NCBI GenBank assembly: GCA_963514005.1
Contig: OY740804.1
Span: 4,774,001-4,838,000, forward strand
Reading direction: 5' to 3'
Source: Raja brachyura
Lineage: Eukaryota
Length of the DNA stretch: 64,000 bases
Position 1 is the stretch's first letter; every line of letters starts with the position of its first letter. The position numbers and the translations under genes are program-made. The notes beneath the pieces are model-generated. The model was not told the DNA's origin. It saw only the letters and a list, made by a program, of their open reading frames with translations, and did not search any database. Below are positions 1-15,050 of the stretch, piece by piece.

Positions 1-749
1 GACTAAAATTGTTTGTGGTTCATTAATACCGTGTTGGCAGCTAGATACAGAGTTTTGTCTGAAGCCCTAAGGGGCTTTTTTTCTGGGGGGTTTTTTTCTC
101 CCCACACAACAAAGAATGTCAGTCTTATATGGTTCAGAGGGAAGTTCATGTATTTTTAACAGACTCACTTCTTCAGAAAAGTTGGTTTTAATTTCAACTT
201 TCGCATCTGATACCAGAAAGTCATTTCATTTTACTGAAATCTTTCAGTAGAAAATAGATGTCAGATCAATCACAGCAGTCGTCACTGTCCAACAAAAATG
301 TCTGCATTCATCAAGAGTAGAACTGTAGATGTTTAATACACAAAGAGAAACTCAGCAGGTCAGGCACTGTCTCCAGAGAACATTTCGGGTCGAGACTGAA
401 GAAAGGTCTCGACCCGAAATGTCATCTATTCAGGTTCTTCAGAAATGCTGCCTGACCTGCCGAGTTACTCCTGCACTTTGTGTCCTTTTGTACATTCATA
501 ATCGTGCAGTTTTTCAGGTTTCAAGCAAAGTGACATTGAGCTTTGCTGAGGTAGAAATAAGTAAAATTGTTATCATTGTGAGCTTGATGATGTCTGACAG
601 ATTAGCTGATCAGATAGCCCTTGTTCAGCATTTTGTCCAGTGAAAGTATGGGGCGAGGTCAAGATTGAAGAATTTTAAGTTATTTTCCTTCAAAGTGCAA
701 AATATTCAATGGTTCCAACGGTGCTTTGTTTCTTGCATTTGGAATAATG

Positions 750-1230
750 CAAGCAATTTTGGGCACCATATCTAAGGAAGGATGTGCTGGCTCTGGAGAG
801 GGTTCAGAGGTTTACAAGAACTCGCTGGAGTTTAGAAGAATGAGGGGGACCTCATTGAAACATACAGTATAATGAAAGGATTGGATAGAGTGGATGTGGA
901 GAGGATGTTTCCACTAGTGGGAGAGTCTAGGACTAGAGGTCATAGCCTCAGAATTAAAGGATGTTCCTTTAGGAAGGAGATGAGGAGAAATGTCTTTAGT
1001 CAGAGAGTGGTGAATCTGTGGAATTCTTTGCCACAGAAGGCTGTGGAGGCCAAGTCAGTGGATATTTTTAAGGCAAAGATAGATAGATTCTTGATTAGTA
1101 CGGATGTCAGAGGTTATGGGGAGAAGGCAGGAGAATGGGGTTAGGAGGGAGAGATAGATCAACCATGATCGGATGGCGGAGTGGGCCCACTTGATGGGCC
1201 GAATGGTCTAATTCTACTCCTATTCCTTAT
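750..1230 (+). mobile_element. CR1-clade LINE 3' fragment
   Basis: ORF 872-1144 TRGHSLRI...RVVNLWNSLPQKAVEA plus 3'UTR. Confidence 0.85.
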
Positions 1231-2617
1231 GACCCTATATGCAACTGCGCAGTGAAAATCTTTTTGCACATATTATACATGCAACCACCATTTTTGGCAC
1301 CATTATTCAAAGTCCAGTCGATGTGGTTTCGGAGCGGTTTCCGCGGCCCGTACCTCCTCCCCTCGCCGGGCCATCTCTGTGTTCCCGGTGCGGCTCCTGC
1401 AGCCAACCGTGAAGGCGCTGGAGGCATTACCCCGGTTCACCCTCCTACCGGCTCTTGCTCCTCATTGGCGTCTCCAGCTCCCTCCCGGTTACTCCATCTG
1501 GCGAACCTTTGGGCGGGTTATAGGCCCCGCCGACTGACAAGCCATCCGGGCAGGCACCTCGTGAAGGCCTCTGCAATACGACACGTCACACGGCATTTTG
1601 CAGTGGAACAAAGAATTTTTCACATGGTTGCGATGACTCGCCCATGGTTCTCCATTCATTTTATTTTGGCTCCAGGGGACTTGTCCAAAGATCATAGAGA
1701 TTCTGTGTACTGAGGTACAGTGCACAGCTTTTTTGTCGCTAGCTATCCAGTCAGCAAAAAGACAATACAAGTCATCCACAGTGTACAGATACAGGATGAA
1801 GGGAATAATTTTTGGTGCATGATAAAGTCCACTTAATGATCGTCCAAGGGTCTCCAATGAGGTATATGGGAGGTCAGGACCGCTCTCTAGTTGGTGAGAG
1901 GACAGTTCAGTTGACTGATAACAGCTGGGAAGAAACTGTCCCTGAATCTGGAGATGTGCGTGTTCACACTTCTGTACCTCTCGTCTGATGAGAGATGTGA
2001 GGGGGGGGGGGGGGGGGGGGAGAGGGAGGGAGTAACCAGGGTGTGAATTGGCTTTGGCAATCGTTCCTCAAAAAGTAAATTCTAATCGGCTTCTTTTAAT
2101 CTCAAGCATTGCATTAGACAAGTAATTTTGTTTTGTTGTTATTCGCTTGTTTTGCAATTCTGAATTTTATTTTAGCACCACTTGGTACAAACTTAATTTA
2201 GATCACAGACGAAAGTCTGTGTTTTGCTTCTGTGGTTTGCTATATCTGGACATGTGAGCTAATTCAATGAACAAGCAGCGTTGAATTGATAGAAATACAT
2301 AGAGTTAATGACTATATTTACTCATAACAAAGCTCCCTGAGGTGCACGATATTTCTGTATCCATTATCTCTTCCGGGCGCCATCACCCTTCAAAGTCGTG
2401 CTCACACGTCACTTTGAAAGTAGGTAAAATTTAGCACAATGTTTTGTGCGGTTAGTCGTTTCTTTTAGAAATGTATGACCACAGGACGAGATTTTCATTG
2501 CAGTTGATTGAAGTGGTATTTGTTTAACCACAATTAACATGAGGATATATTTTAAGACTAGTTCAAGCTGGAAAGGGTACAGAGAAGATTTACACTGATG
2601 TAGCCGGGTCTGAGCAG

Positions 2618-3262
2618 TAGACAATAGACAATCGGTGCAGGAGTAGGCCATTCGGCCCATCGAGCCAGCACTGCCATTCAATGTGATCATGGCTGATCGT
2701 CCCCAATCAGTACCCCGTTCCTGCCTTCTCCCCATATCCCCTGTCTCCGCTATCTTTAAGAGCCCTATCTAGCTCTCTTGAAAGTATCCAGAGAACCAGC
2801 CTCCACCGCCCTCTGAGGCAGAGAATTCCACAGACTAGGGAGAGGTTGAGTAGGCTAGGACTCTATTCCTTGGAGCGCAGGTGGATGAGGGGTGATCTTA
2901 TAGAGGTGTATAAAATCATGAGAGGAATAGATTGGGTAGATGAACAGAATCTCTTGCCCAGAGTAGGTAAATTGATGGCCTGAAGACATAGGTTTAAGGT
3001 GAAGGGGAAAAGATTTAATAGGAATCTGAGGGGTAACTTTTTCACTCAAAGGTATTTGGAACCAACTGCCAGAGGAGGTAGTTGAGGCAGGGACTATCCA
3101 AACATTTAAGAAAATGTACATTGGACAGGTACATGGAGAGGACAAGGTTGGAGATATATGGACCAAACGCAGGCAGGTGGGACGAGTGTAGCTGAGACAT
3201 GTTAGCCGGTGTGGGCAAGTTGGGTCGAGGGGCCTGTTTCCACACGGTATCACTCTATGACG
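2618..3262. mobile_element. Two adjacent CR1 3' fragments (minus 2618-2835, plus 2836-3262)
   Basis: Match the 3' ends seen at 39700-40112 and elsewhere in the window. Confidence 0.8.
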
Positions 3263-6200
3263 ATATTTTTACTGATATTCCCTCCTCTCCCCTGCACCTC
3301 AGCTCAACCGAGGTGATCAATCAACAGAGGTAATTGATTGATTGAAAGATGCAGCTTCGAAACAGGCCCAGTGAGTCCCCGCCGACCAATGATTACTGAT
3401 TCGCACTAATCCTGTGTCATTATTCTTTTGCACCCGCTCCTCGACCACTAAGGCAATTTACGGCGGCCAATTAACCTACCAACTTGCACGCATTTGGTAC
3501 GTGAGAGGAAACCTGAGCACCTGGAGAGAAAACGTACAAATTCCACACAAACAGCACCCGAGGTCGGGATCGAACCTGGTCTCTGGCCCTGTGAAGCAAC
3601 AGCTCCATCAGTTGTGCCAACGTGTTGCCAGTAACAATCAGCATTTTGCATGGATTCAGGAATATTGTCTCCGTCCCAGGTTTTTTTTTTCAGCAATGGT
3701 TACCACCTGTTCCAAAGGTTTTGCCTGTAGTGTCAATGTCTGCTTTTAACACCCCAAGCTGGAGTACTAATCTTTCCCACTTGGACTTTCAAAGTGAGCC
3801 CCTACACAGGTGGAACTCTTGGATACCTGCTGCAGATCCCTTACTTCGTTGGTGCTGAAAATTACCGCTGCTTTTGAATCTTTATAAAGTTACATAGCAC
3901 AGAAACAGGCCCTTTGGCCCAACCCATCCATGCTGACCAAGATGCCCCATCTCAGCTGCCCATTTATCCGCGTTTGGCCTAAACGCATTTAGTCTAGCCC
4001 TTCTAATGGTCATTCATGAATGAGGCAATTTTAAAACAATAGTCACCAAAGGTGTGCAAGACTTATGCCAACCCAAGACTGTGGCACCTGCTAAGGTCAT
4101 TGTAAAAGCAGCTTTGTACATTCTGAAACCATACCGGTTCCTTTCCTACCCAATTTTCTAAAAACCCTCAGCAAACCTCTGTCCTCAAATTCCTATGGGT
4201 GTTAAAGAAATGTAGCCAGGCATCTCTATGAAATTAGACAAATGTGGTATTCCAAGTATTGCATGTCTTGGCGAACAAGAGTTTGAAGTGTCCTACACTC
4301 CACGTGAAGGTTGCCTCATTTATTTTTACAGCTGCACAGAGCATTAATGCAATGGTAAAAGTTCTTACTGTGATTTACATCTACAATACATTTGTTAACA
4401 AGTCAAAACATACTTGGCTAATAAAGTATGATTATGATGGATATGATTATAATGATGTAGCTTCCTAGGTCTTTGGTTGGGCCCCATTAGGAGTATTATG
4501 TGCAGTTCTGGTCACCACGTTACAGGAAGGATGTGGAGGCTTTGGAGAGGATTCAACGGGAGGTTTACCACAATGATAGACACAAAAAGCTGGAGTAACT
4601 CAGCAGGACAGGCAGTCTCTCTGCAGAGAAGGAATAGGTGATCTTTCGGGTCGAGGCCCTTATTCAGACCAGAAACGTCACCCATTCCTTCTCTCCTGTC
4701 CCACTGAGTTACTCCGGCTTTTTGTGTCCATCTTCGGTTTAAACCACCATTTGCAATTCCTTCCTACACATTTCGTCTTTACTGCAATTATGCCTGGATT
4801 AGGGGAGATTAGCTACAATGAAAGGTTGAACAGACGGGGATTGTTTTCTCTGGAATGCCGGAGGTTGAGTGGTGACTTGATAGAATTATCAAATAGTAGA
4901 GGGCATAGCTTTAAGGTGAGGGGAGTAAAGCTTGCAGGAGATGTGCAGGGCAAGTTTTCTTTTACAGGGGGTGGTAAATGCCTGGAACGCACTGCTGGGG
5001 GTGGTGGTTGAGGCAGATATAAGAGTGGCATTTAAGACTGAACTTCTAGAAAGGCACAAGGATATGGAGGAATATGGAGTATGTGCAGGCAGTTAAAAGT
5101 TGGTCTTGACATCATGCATATTATGCTCCGAAGAGTCTATTCGTGTGTTGTGCTGTTCTTCAGTAAATAGCAGTTTCATAATGAACCTAGTTGGTGGTCA
5201 GTGTGGATATGGGAGTCTGTAAATCTCACAGCCTTACGAGGCCAATGTGCAATGCGCAACATTGAGACATAGGATTGGCATTCTTTTGCCAGAAAGTGAT
5301 TCACCCTACCTTCAGGGAAGGAGAAGGATCAAGTAACCTATGGTCTCACTTCCAGAAGGAAACTGTGTTTCTGGGTATCAACACTTGTAGCTTTCCTAGA
5401 ATCCGGGCTATGTTGCTACTTGTGGGAGACGAGAACGGAGGGAAATAAAGTAGTTTGGGCCTTTTCAGGCCTTTACCTTCAACCTGAAATGTGAATGAAA
5501 ATGGTGCAAGTAAACAAATGTCACCATATGATAAAAGTTTATTTATCCCAGGAGGGAATTTGGGGTTATTGGAAAAGTAGGAGTGCTCTGCTTATGCATT
5601 CACTTTAAATTTATTGCATCTTTTACGTAATGCTTTGCCTACGGGTAGTTTCTTTAATAATGTTATGAATGATATAAAGTTATTCTGCAATTTTAAATGG
5701 ATGTCAGAAATGGCCAAAATGCCAGAAGATGGGACTGCAGATGCAGGTTTGCACCAAAGATGGTCACGAAAAGCTGGAGTAACCCCTTGGGTCAGGCAGC
5801 AACCCTGGGGGGAAAAGGAATAGGTGACGGTTTGGCTTGAGACCCGATTCAAAACATCGCATATTCCTTTTCTCCAGCGACGCTGCCTGACCCGCTGAGT
5901 TACTCCAGCTATTCTGGTATATCTACCATAAATTAGCTATGTGTTTCAAATAGACAAATCATTATTGTGAATAACAGTTTAACTGGGCTAAGATTCTAAA
6001 AAGAAATGGATTACTTTTATATCTCGTGACATTTGAGCTTCTAATTGTGTTTAGTGCTCCGTGCAATGTTTTAAAAAGGTTATTTCAAAATCCCTTCTGG
6101 TTTATGAGGGCTGTTTAAAGTGATTGGGTGTTCAGCCAACTGATATGGTTAATGGGTACCAGGAATGTCTTTGAACTGTAGCTCGATTGCAGCCAGCATC

Positions 6201-6405
6201 AAAAGAGGGTGTCCTTGCCACACAGATTATTCATTCGTTCTTAGCAACTATCTTCAAGGTCGTCAGCATATTAACAAAGTCATACTGCACAGAAACAGGC
6301 CCTTTGGCCCAACACCCATGCTGATCAAGATGCTCCATCTATACAAGTCCCCCCCTGCTGTGTTTCGTACCTATCCCTCATAACCCTTTCCAACCCACAT
6401 CTACA

Positions 6406-6699
6406 TTTAGTTTAGAGATACAGCGCAAAAACAGGGTCTTCGGCCCACCGTTTCCTGCAATTCCTGCACACTAACCCTATCCTACACACACTAAGGAGAA
6501 TTTACATTTATACCAAGCCAATTAACCCACAAACCTATACATCTTTGGAGTGTGGGAGAAAACCAGAGACCCCCGGTAAAAACTACGCAGGTCACAGGGA
6601 GAACGTGCAAACTCCATACAGACAGCACCTGTAGTCAGAATCGAACCCAGGCCTCGGGCATTGTGCGGCAGCAATTCTCCCACTGCACAACCGTGCCGT
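6406..6699 (-). mobile_element. HE1-like V-SINE
   Basis: Reverse complement of the family. Other copies at ~3338-3628, 15697-15981, 16644-16943, 18817-19107, 19275-19557, 43817-44111, 48318-48617, 58028-58290 (all -) and 51015-51510, 55134-55399 (+). Confidence 0.82.
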
Positions 6700-6955
6700 C
6701 TATTATTGCCAGTGTATGTATTTTGTGTTTCTAAAATGTCACCGGCGAAGTCCAAAAGGAAGCAATATTCTAAATGGTTTTCAAACCCAAAATGCTGTCA
6801 TTCCAAACCTCACTGGATGTTTGGGGTCGCAGTCATCGATGTTTCCTTTCTCATTTCAATGAAGGTTTTCTTTAAATTGTGCTTGGTAAATGGTTACCTG
6901 GTAAATGGGGCAATCTGTCTTGTACTTTGTACCTGTCTTTGAGTACTTTTCTTAA

Positions 6956-7195
<240 letters not shown>

Positions 7196-9789
7196 TGAAC
7201 ATGGTTAATCTATTGTGTAGGAAGTTACTGCAGATGCTGGTTTACACCAAAGATGGACACAAAATGCTGGAGTAACTCAACGGGACACGCAGCATCTATG
7301 GAGAGAAGGATCGGGTGACGTTTTTGGATCTGAAGAAATGTCTGGACCCGAAACGTCACCCATTCCTTCTCTCCAGAAATGCTGCCTGTCCCGCTGAGTC
7401 ACTCCAGCTTTTTGCGTCTCCACTGTGACACCTTGCATAACTAATTTTGGAGACACCTTCTCCATCTTCGTTGCCCATTCTTCCCACTTATTCATCCTTT
7501 CCTGTATCCTGGAACAGATTGTGTTGTGGAACAGATCCCCAGCCCCAAGGCTGCTGATACTTATTCAGACTTTGTCGCTCCCTGTTGTTAGAGGGGCTTC
7601 ACTAAGGTGTGTTATAATCCGCTGGGCACGTTGCTGCCTCCCTGTGGCCTTGTAATGAAAATGCACACAAACTCTTGCTGGGAGATTGGTCCATGCACAC
7701 CAACTCTTCCTATGTTCTTGTGCGTAATCAAAGCTGTGCAGTATTCAGTTAGTAAACATGAAACTGCATGTGAAAAGGTGAATAGTGATAGTTTGACATT
7801 TGCATTTATTATTTAATCCATATAGAGTCATACAGCATGGAAACAGGCCCTTGTTCCCAGAGTCAACTTGCCTTCGCTGACCAAGCTTCCCCATCTACAG
7901 TCAGTCGTACCACCTGACTGATTTTGATCCATATCCCTTTAAAACTTTCCTATCCATGTTCCTGTCCAAATGTCTTTTAAATGGTGTTGTCGTCTCTGTG
8001 TCAAATACACCTTGTGGCAGCTCTTTCCAGATACCCACCACCCTCTGTATGAAAAAAAATGCCCCTCAAGTTCCTGTTGAGTCTTTCTCCTCTTATTTTA
8101 AACCCATGTCCTTAGAATGAATTCTAATTGCTGAAATTGATGTGCTCTAAATTAAAACAAATAAAAAGATGATACTTTAAGATATTTTTGAATTGTCCTA
8201 TCATAAATAAAACCAAAATAGCTTTCTGCTGGGGAGTTATGTATTCAAAAGATAGGATTTGCATTAACCGAGCGCTTGCTATGGAACTGTGCCCTAAGTT
8301 ATGCAAGGGATTATGAGAATCCCATCATGAGAACAATGTTACTCTATAACTTGTTCTAGCTCGTATAACCATTAAGATTTCTAAATTTGTGAATGGGAAG
8401 GAGGCTAAGTAAAGGCAAGAGTGACCTTTAAGATAACGCCAGTTTATGGGATCGAAATAGAATTCTGTTAATGTTCACCTTCAATAACAAGGCATGGAAA
8501 TTTTAATTTTCCCTTTTCCGCTTTATTGCTTCACCTTAATTGAGATAATTGTGCTCAATAAACAAACTCCAAATGATGCCCAAAGTCTAGCAATGTCGGA
8601 AGTTAAGTAAGTTTATTTTATTACGAGCTGATCTAATAAAATAATTCTGGACGAAGAGAAAAAAAAAATCTGGCCTCGTCTTTTACACAAAGGGTGGTGG
8701 GAGATATGATAGTGGTGTTTAAGAGGCTTTTAAATAGGCTCGATAGGTACATAGAAGAGCAAGGTATAGATTATGTACAGGCAGGTGGAATCAGTTTAAC
8801 AGCATCATGTTTGGCACAAACCTAGCTGGCTGAAAGACCCGGTCCTACAGCTGTGGAGTAAAGATCACTGTACAAATGCAGGCCATTCACCCCTTCAGTT
8901 TCCTTCTTTATTATTCAATAAAGTCACGGAGTATTGCGTGCAGTTCTGATTGCCCCCTAACCGGAAGGATGTGGAGGGTGCAGAGGAAGTCTACCAGACT
9001 GTTGCCTAGATTAGAGGGTGTCGGCTGCAAAGAGAGGTTGGAAGGACGTATTGTTTTCTCTGGAATGTCTGCGGTTGAGGGGAGACTTGCGAGCAGTATA
9101 TACAATTATGAGAGGCATAGATAGGGTCGATAATCAGAACCTTTTTCTCAGGGTGGAAATGTCCAACAGTAGAGGGGCAGATGGTTTAATGGAGATGTAC
9201 GGGGCAAGTAATTTTACACAGGGTGATGTGGGGCCCTGATCGCATTTCCAGGGTGGAGGCAGACACAATAGTGGTGTTTAAGAGTCTTTTAAGCAGGCAC
9301 ACGGAAGTGCAAGAAATAGGGGGATATGGATTATGTACAGGCAGGTGAAATCAGTTTAACTTGGCACCACGTTCAGCACAAACATAGTGGGCCGAAAGGC
9401 CTGTTCCTGTTCTATTATGACCATATGGAGTTAGGAGTAAACCTCATAGTTTCCATTACTATGTAAAATTGATGTATATATTTGTCCTTAACTAGAGTGC
9501 ATAACTTTATTAGAAGGATGGTCTGCTATTGTGCAATGCTACTCATATAGAGCCCGCTAATTACATTGGATGACGGTATCTGTCTACCAATGGAGAGCCT
9601 CCCACAGAATTATTACATAAGATGTATTTATTAAACTGCGGTGGATGTAATAAAACATTAATCTGTGGATTATTGGTTTATTTCCCTCTGTGTGATGCGC
9701 TCAATTTCCGTTTCTACGCGCAAAAGTTCAACTTTTTGTCCGTTTATCAGATTAATGACGGCTTTTATTCTGCTTTTGCTTCCTTGTAG

Positions 9790-9906
<117 letters not shown>

Positions 9907-10405
9907 TGAGATAAAAGCTTTCGGTTGAAGAAGAGGATTAGTGGTGAAAATCTTCAGTAAAATAACAAGGGGATAAAGTGGCAGAGAAAAGGATTTTTGA
10001 GCCGAAGGGCCTGTTTCCGTGCTGTACTACTCTATGACTTGCTGTTGTCTGTATGACTCTCAAAACACTCTATACTGACATGGAGTTTCATCTGTTTTGC
10101 AACATCAGCCGATCCTCCTCAGAATAGTTACCTCTTTCTGTTTTAGAGCTTGATAAAAGAATGGGAAAAGATTCCCCGATCACTACTGCACAGAATTCCA
10201 TGACAGTTTTTTTTTTTTAAATCGCCCTAAATGGAATGAAAAAGTGCTGTTGAGAAGCATCCCAAAATCAAAATACTGCAGATGCTGGAAATCTGAAACA
10301 TAAACAGATGGTGCTGGTTGGTTTGATCTTGTAAAGACCAGGTTATTGACTTGATGGGCTGAATGGCTCCCTGAGGTGTAGCCATTCTATGATACTGGAG
10401 GCGCA

Positions 10406-10703
10406 GGGGTAGTGGTGCAGGGGTAGTGTTGCTGCCTTACAGTGCCAGAGACACAGGTTTGACCCTGACTACGGGTGCTGTAAATATGGCGTTTGTACGT
10501 TCTCCCTGTGACCACGTGGATTTTCCCCAGGTACTCCGGTTTCCTCCCACACTAGAAAGACATAGAGGTTTGTAAGCTAATTGACTTCGATAAGTAGTAA
10601 AATTGTCCCTAGTGTGTAGGTTAGCGCCAGTGTATGGGTGATCACTGGTCGGAGTGGGCTGAAGGGCCTGTTCCCGCGCCGTACCCCTAAAGTCTAAAGT
10701 CTA
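10406..10703 (+). mobile_element. HE1-like V-SINE
   Basis: Same structure as 52174-52498. Confidence 0.82.
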
Positions 10704-10761
10704 TTCTGGAGTACCAGAAAGCAACGGGGAGGAGTCCGGATAATGCAAGTATATAGGTGTG

Positions 10762-10895
10762 TTCTTGCGTATGGCGTGCACAGCCTAAAGTTGTAGGTCA
10801 ACTTGTTCTGTTTGATCTATTGGTTTGTGCATGTCAGGTTGATTGCATTAGTCTAAAACAGGGTGGACCACGTAAAGGTTGCAATCTCGGACCCC
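10762..10895 (-). mobile_element. HDV-like-ribozyme-headed short retroposon, copy 1 (degenerate P1)
   Basis: Same head and tail; imperfect TSD atataggtgtg / atataagttgtg. Confidence 0.82.
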
Positions 10896-10996
10896 GATAT
10901 AAGTTGTGTACCACTGTTTATTTAGGTGCCTGTCTGGAGTGTTGTCATTATACTTTTAAACATTCATTGCAAGTTAGTAATATGGTCTGACATTAA

Positions 10997-11140
<144 letters not shown>

Positions 11141-11589
11141 TAAGGATGCAGAGATTCTGTCTCATGATTCTGCATGACTTGGTTCTCTAACCATGTAGTT
11201 GCAATTGCAGTTGGAACCCACCCATACGCACTTTTGTTGCAACAGGTCACAATGTCGAAGAAACATTTAGACGTTTAGAATGGAGATGAGGAAACACTTT
11301 TTCACACAGAGAGTTGTGAGTCTGTGGGATTCTCTGCCTCGGAGGGCGGTGGAGGCTGGTTCTCTGAATACTTTCAAGAAAGAGCTAGATAAGGCTCTTG
11401 AAGATAGCGGAGTCAGAGGATATGGGGGGAATGGGGTACTGATTGTGGATGATCAGCCATGATCACATTGAATGGCGGTGCTGGCTCGAAGGGCCGAATG
11501 GCCTACTCTTGTACCTATTGTTTATTGTCTACATGGATAGGATAGGTTTAGAGGGATATGGGCCATACACAGGCAGATGGGACTAGTAT

Positions 11590-12092
11590 AGAAACATAGA
11601 AAATAGGTGCAGGAGTAGGTCATTCGACCTTTCGAGCCTGCACCGCCATTCAATATGATCATGGCTGATCATCCAACTCAGTATCCTGTACCTGCCTTCT
11701 CTCCATACCCCCTGATCCCTTTAGCCACAAGCGCCACATCTAAGTCCCTCTTAAATATAGCCAATGAACTGGCCTCAACTACCTTCTGTGGCAGAGAATT
11801 CCAGATATTCACCACTCTCAGTGTGAAAAATTACAAAAAAGTTTTTCTCATCTCGGTCCTAAAAGATTTCCCCCTTATCCTTAAACTGTGACCCCTTGTT
11901 CTGGAGTTCCCCAACATCGGGAACAATCTTCCTGCATCTAGCCTGTCCAACCCCTTAAGAATTTTGTAAGTTTCTATAAGATCTCCCCTCAATCTTCTGA
12001 ATTCTAGCGAGTACAAGCCAAGTTTATCCAGTCTTTCTTCATATGAAAGTCCTGACATCCCAGGAATCAGTCTGGTGAACCTTCTGTGTACT
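11590..12092 (-). mobile_element. CR1-clade LINE 3' fragment
   Basis: Near-identical reverse complement of 39620-40110. Confidence 0.9.
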
Positions 12093-12156
12093 GTATAGAT
12101 GGGACATGTTTGTCAGCGTAGCCATGTTGAGCCAAAGTGCTTACGGCTCGGTACTG

Positions 12157-12293
12157 TCTTCTTCTTGCGTATGGAGTGCACAGCGTAAAGTTGTAAGACA
12201 ACTTATGCTGTTTGACCTACTGTTTGTGCACGCCAGGTTGATAGCATTTGTTGAAACCGGGTGGACCACGTGAAGGTTGCAATCTCCCACCCC
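12157..12293 (-). mobile_element. HDV-like-ribozyme-headed short retroposon, copy 2 (CpG-decayed)
   Basis: Same head and tail; imperfect TSD gctcggtact / actcggtatt. Confidence 0.82.
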
Positions 12294-12594
12294 ACTCGGT
12301 ATTCTATGACTCCATGACTTGCTGTTGATTGCTGACTCTACAAACATTTCAAACTCCAGCTGGTTTGGATTTTAACAAGTTCTGCTGTCTCAGCCAATCC
12401 TTCTCAGGATAGTTACCACTTTCTGTTTCGGAGCGTAAGAATTAATCGGATTCTTATTATTTCAGGGGTGTCAGGTGTTATGGAAGAAGGCAGGAGAATG
12501 AGGTTAAGAGGGAAAGATAGATGAGCCATGATTGAATAGACTTGATGGGCCGAATGGCCTAATTCTGCTCCGATCATTTATTAACTTATTTTGA

Positions 12595-12795
<201 letters not shown>

Positions 12796-14196
12796 TAATT
12801 TGTGCCCTAAACTTTGAATATTATCAGTCATCATTCACTCCACAAAACAACAAAGCTTAAATCTCATGGGGAAACCAGGAACTGCAGATGGTGGTTTACA
12901 AAAAAAAGACAGAAGGTGCTGGAGTAACTCAGTGGGTCAGGCAGATTCTCTTCAGCCTGACTGTAGGGGTGGGGGGAAAAAAGCTGGAAGAGAGGAGGGG
13001 CAGGATAATACTTGGCGGGTAATAGGTTGATGCAGGTGAGGTGTTGGGGCCAGAGATGAAAAGACAGAATGTGTGAGTTAAAAGAGTTGTCAATTGTGAT
13101 ACAAGGTGCTGGAGTAACTCAGTGGGTCAGGTAGCCTCTCTGTGGAGAACACGGATAGGTGAACCTTCAGACTGAAGACTAGTCCCAAACCGAAACGTCA
13201 CAATAGACAATAGGTGCAGGCATAGGCCATTCGGCCCTTCGAGCCAGCACCGCCATTCAATGTGATCATGGCTGATCATCCCCAATCAGTACCCCGTTCC
13301 TGCCTTCTCCCCATATTCCCTGACTCCGCTAGCTAATAGATCACCTATCCACGGTCTCTAGAACTGGTGCATGATCTGCTGAGTTACTCCAGCACCTTGG
13401 GTCTGTGTTTGAGTTTCATAACTTGATGGCTCTCCTACACCCCACACACCTCACCCCCACATCGGAAGTCTGACTCATAGGCAGAGTTCTGAAAGCCTAT
13501 TACTGTGTGAGTGTTTGATTGAGTTTTTGTCGCTGCTGTGTTAAATGAAGAAGTGAAGTGGCTTCTCAACAATGTACTGTGAATCATTGCTCCTCTGACA
13601 GTAAAAGTGAGCAGTTGTCATAGAGACGCAGCAAAATGAATTTGTACATTACAGGGTGTCGTTTCTCTGTATTCTTGCGGCATAATGATGAAATAATCTA
13701 ATTAACAGTTTTGCTGGAAGAGTGCTTGAAGGTTTTGTTCTGCACTCTGCCAATCCCCCTCACCCTTTGACATCCTTGCAGTTGAGGAGGCTTTAACAAT
13801 GCCCCGTGGCATTTATCGTGGGAGAGCCATTTTCCATTTATGCACCCTAATCATCTGGCGAGTACTGGTCTAATGCCTGCTTATCTATTTTCCAGGTGGG
13901 TTACAATGATTAACACGATAGTCACAGTCGTTTGTCATTGTGTGTGATTAACTGCTCAAGCCTCCAGGCATGAAAAATTGCTGACACAGAGAGCATTGAC
14001 AAAGTAGCAAGAGTCTTGCTTAACTGGTTTTACATTTAGACGAAGGTTCAATGGTTTCTTTATTACCCTGTGTACTAAGGTGCAGTGAAATACATATTTT
14101 TGCAGTCAGCTCAGCAAGACAATCAGTATACGATCCCAATCCCCTAGTTAGGACAAAATCTGCTGAATAGCCCACTTTGTCTATACCCGTGGGCGG

Positions 14197-15050
14197 GCGC
14201 GACTCAAGTGGGCGGGCGCGACTCACGTTGCAGCGGCCCCTACAGCCTGTCTGTCTTTTTTTAATTTTTTGTCTAGTTAAATGTAGTTGTTCGTGTTTTT
14301 TTTGTATTGTTTGTAACTGTGTATATGTGGGGGGGGGGGGAGAGGGGGAAACTTTTAAATCTCTTCCCTGCACGGGAGACCCGACTTTTTCCCTGTCGGG
14401 TCTCCGTTGTTGTTGGCGCCTAGCACCGTGGAGCGGCCTCCGACCGAGACGACCTGGGTGCTCCATTCACGGAGCTGCGGACTCACCGTCATGGGGCTGG
14501 CTGGCCTCGGAGCGTGGGGAGCGGTGGTGGCTCGCCGCTGCGGCCCGACTCTGGAGCTTCAGCTCCAGCTCCAGCTGCAGACCAGTGGACTATCGGGAGC
14601 TCGCGGGTCCGGGTGAGAGACCGCTCTCCGGAGCTCCCGCAACACAACATCTCCAGCTCGTGTCGCGGGGTTGGAGCGACCTAGAGCGGGGCCGTACATC
14701 GCCCGGCGCGGCTTTCATGGCCGCAGGACATTCCAGCGCCCGCCGGGGGCTCCAACTGTGACCTTTGGGCCTAGAGCGGGGCCGTACATCGCCCGGCGCT
14801 ACCTCAAAGGCCGTGGAACTTAACACCGCCCGCCTGCAGCTTCGACCTCGGGAGTGAGATGGTGCGGGGGAGAGAGAAGACTTTGCCTTCCATCACAGTG
14901 AGGATGAGATTCACTGTGATGGATGTTTGTGTGAATTGAATTGTCTGTGTATTTTTTTTTTATGATTTATGTATGGCATGTAGAAACGGTGTTTCGTTCG
15001 AGCCTCTCTGAGGTTCGAATGACAAATAATAAAATCAAATCAAATCAAAC
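14197..15050 (+). mobile_element. GC-rich non-autonomous retroposon with (aatca)n tail
   Basis: T-rich then G-run 5' region, CpG-rich core with an internal direct repeat (ctagagcggggccgtacatcgcccggcgc x2), LINE-like 3' end. Similar architecture on the - strand at 22255-23008. Confidence 0.55.

Noticed and set aside
1240-1632. Possible MITE with gcaac..gtgaaaa termini around a GC-rich core
   Set aside because: The inverted termini are too degenerate and no TSD is evident.
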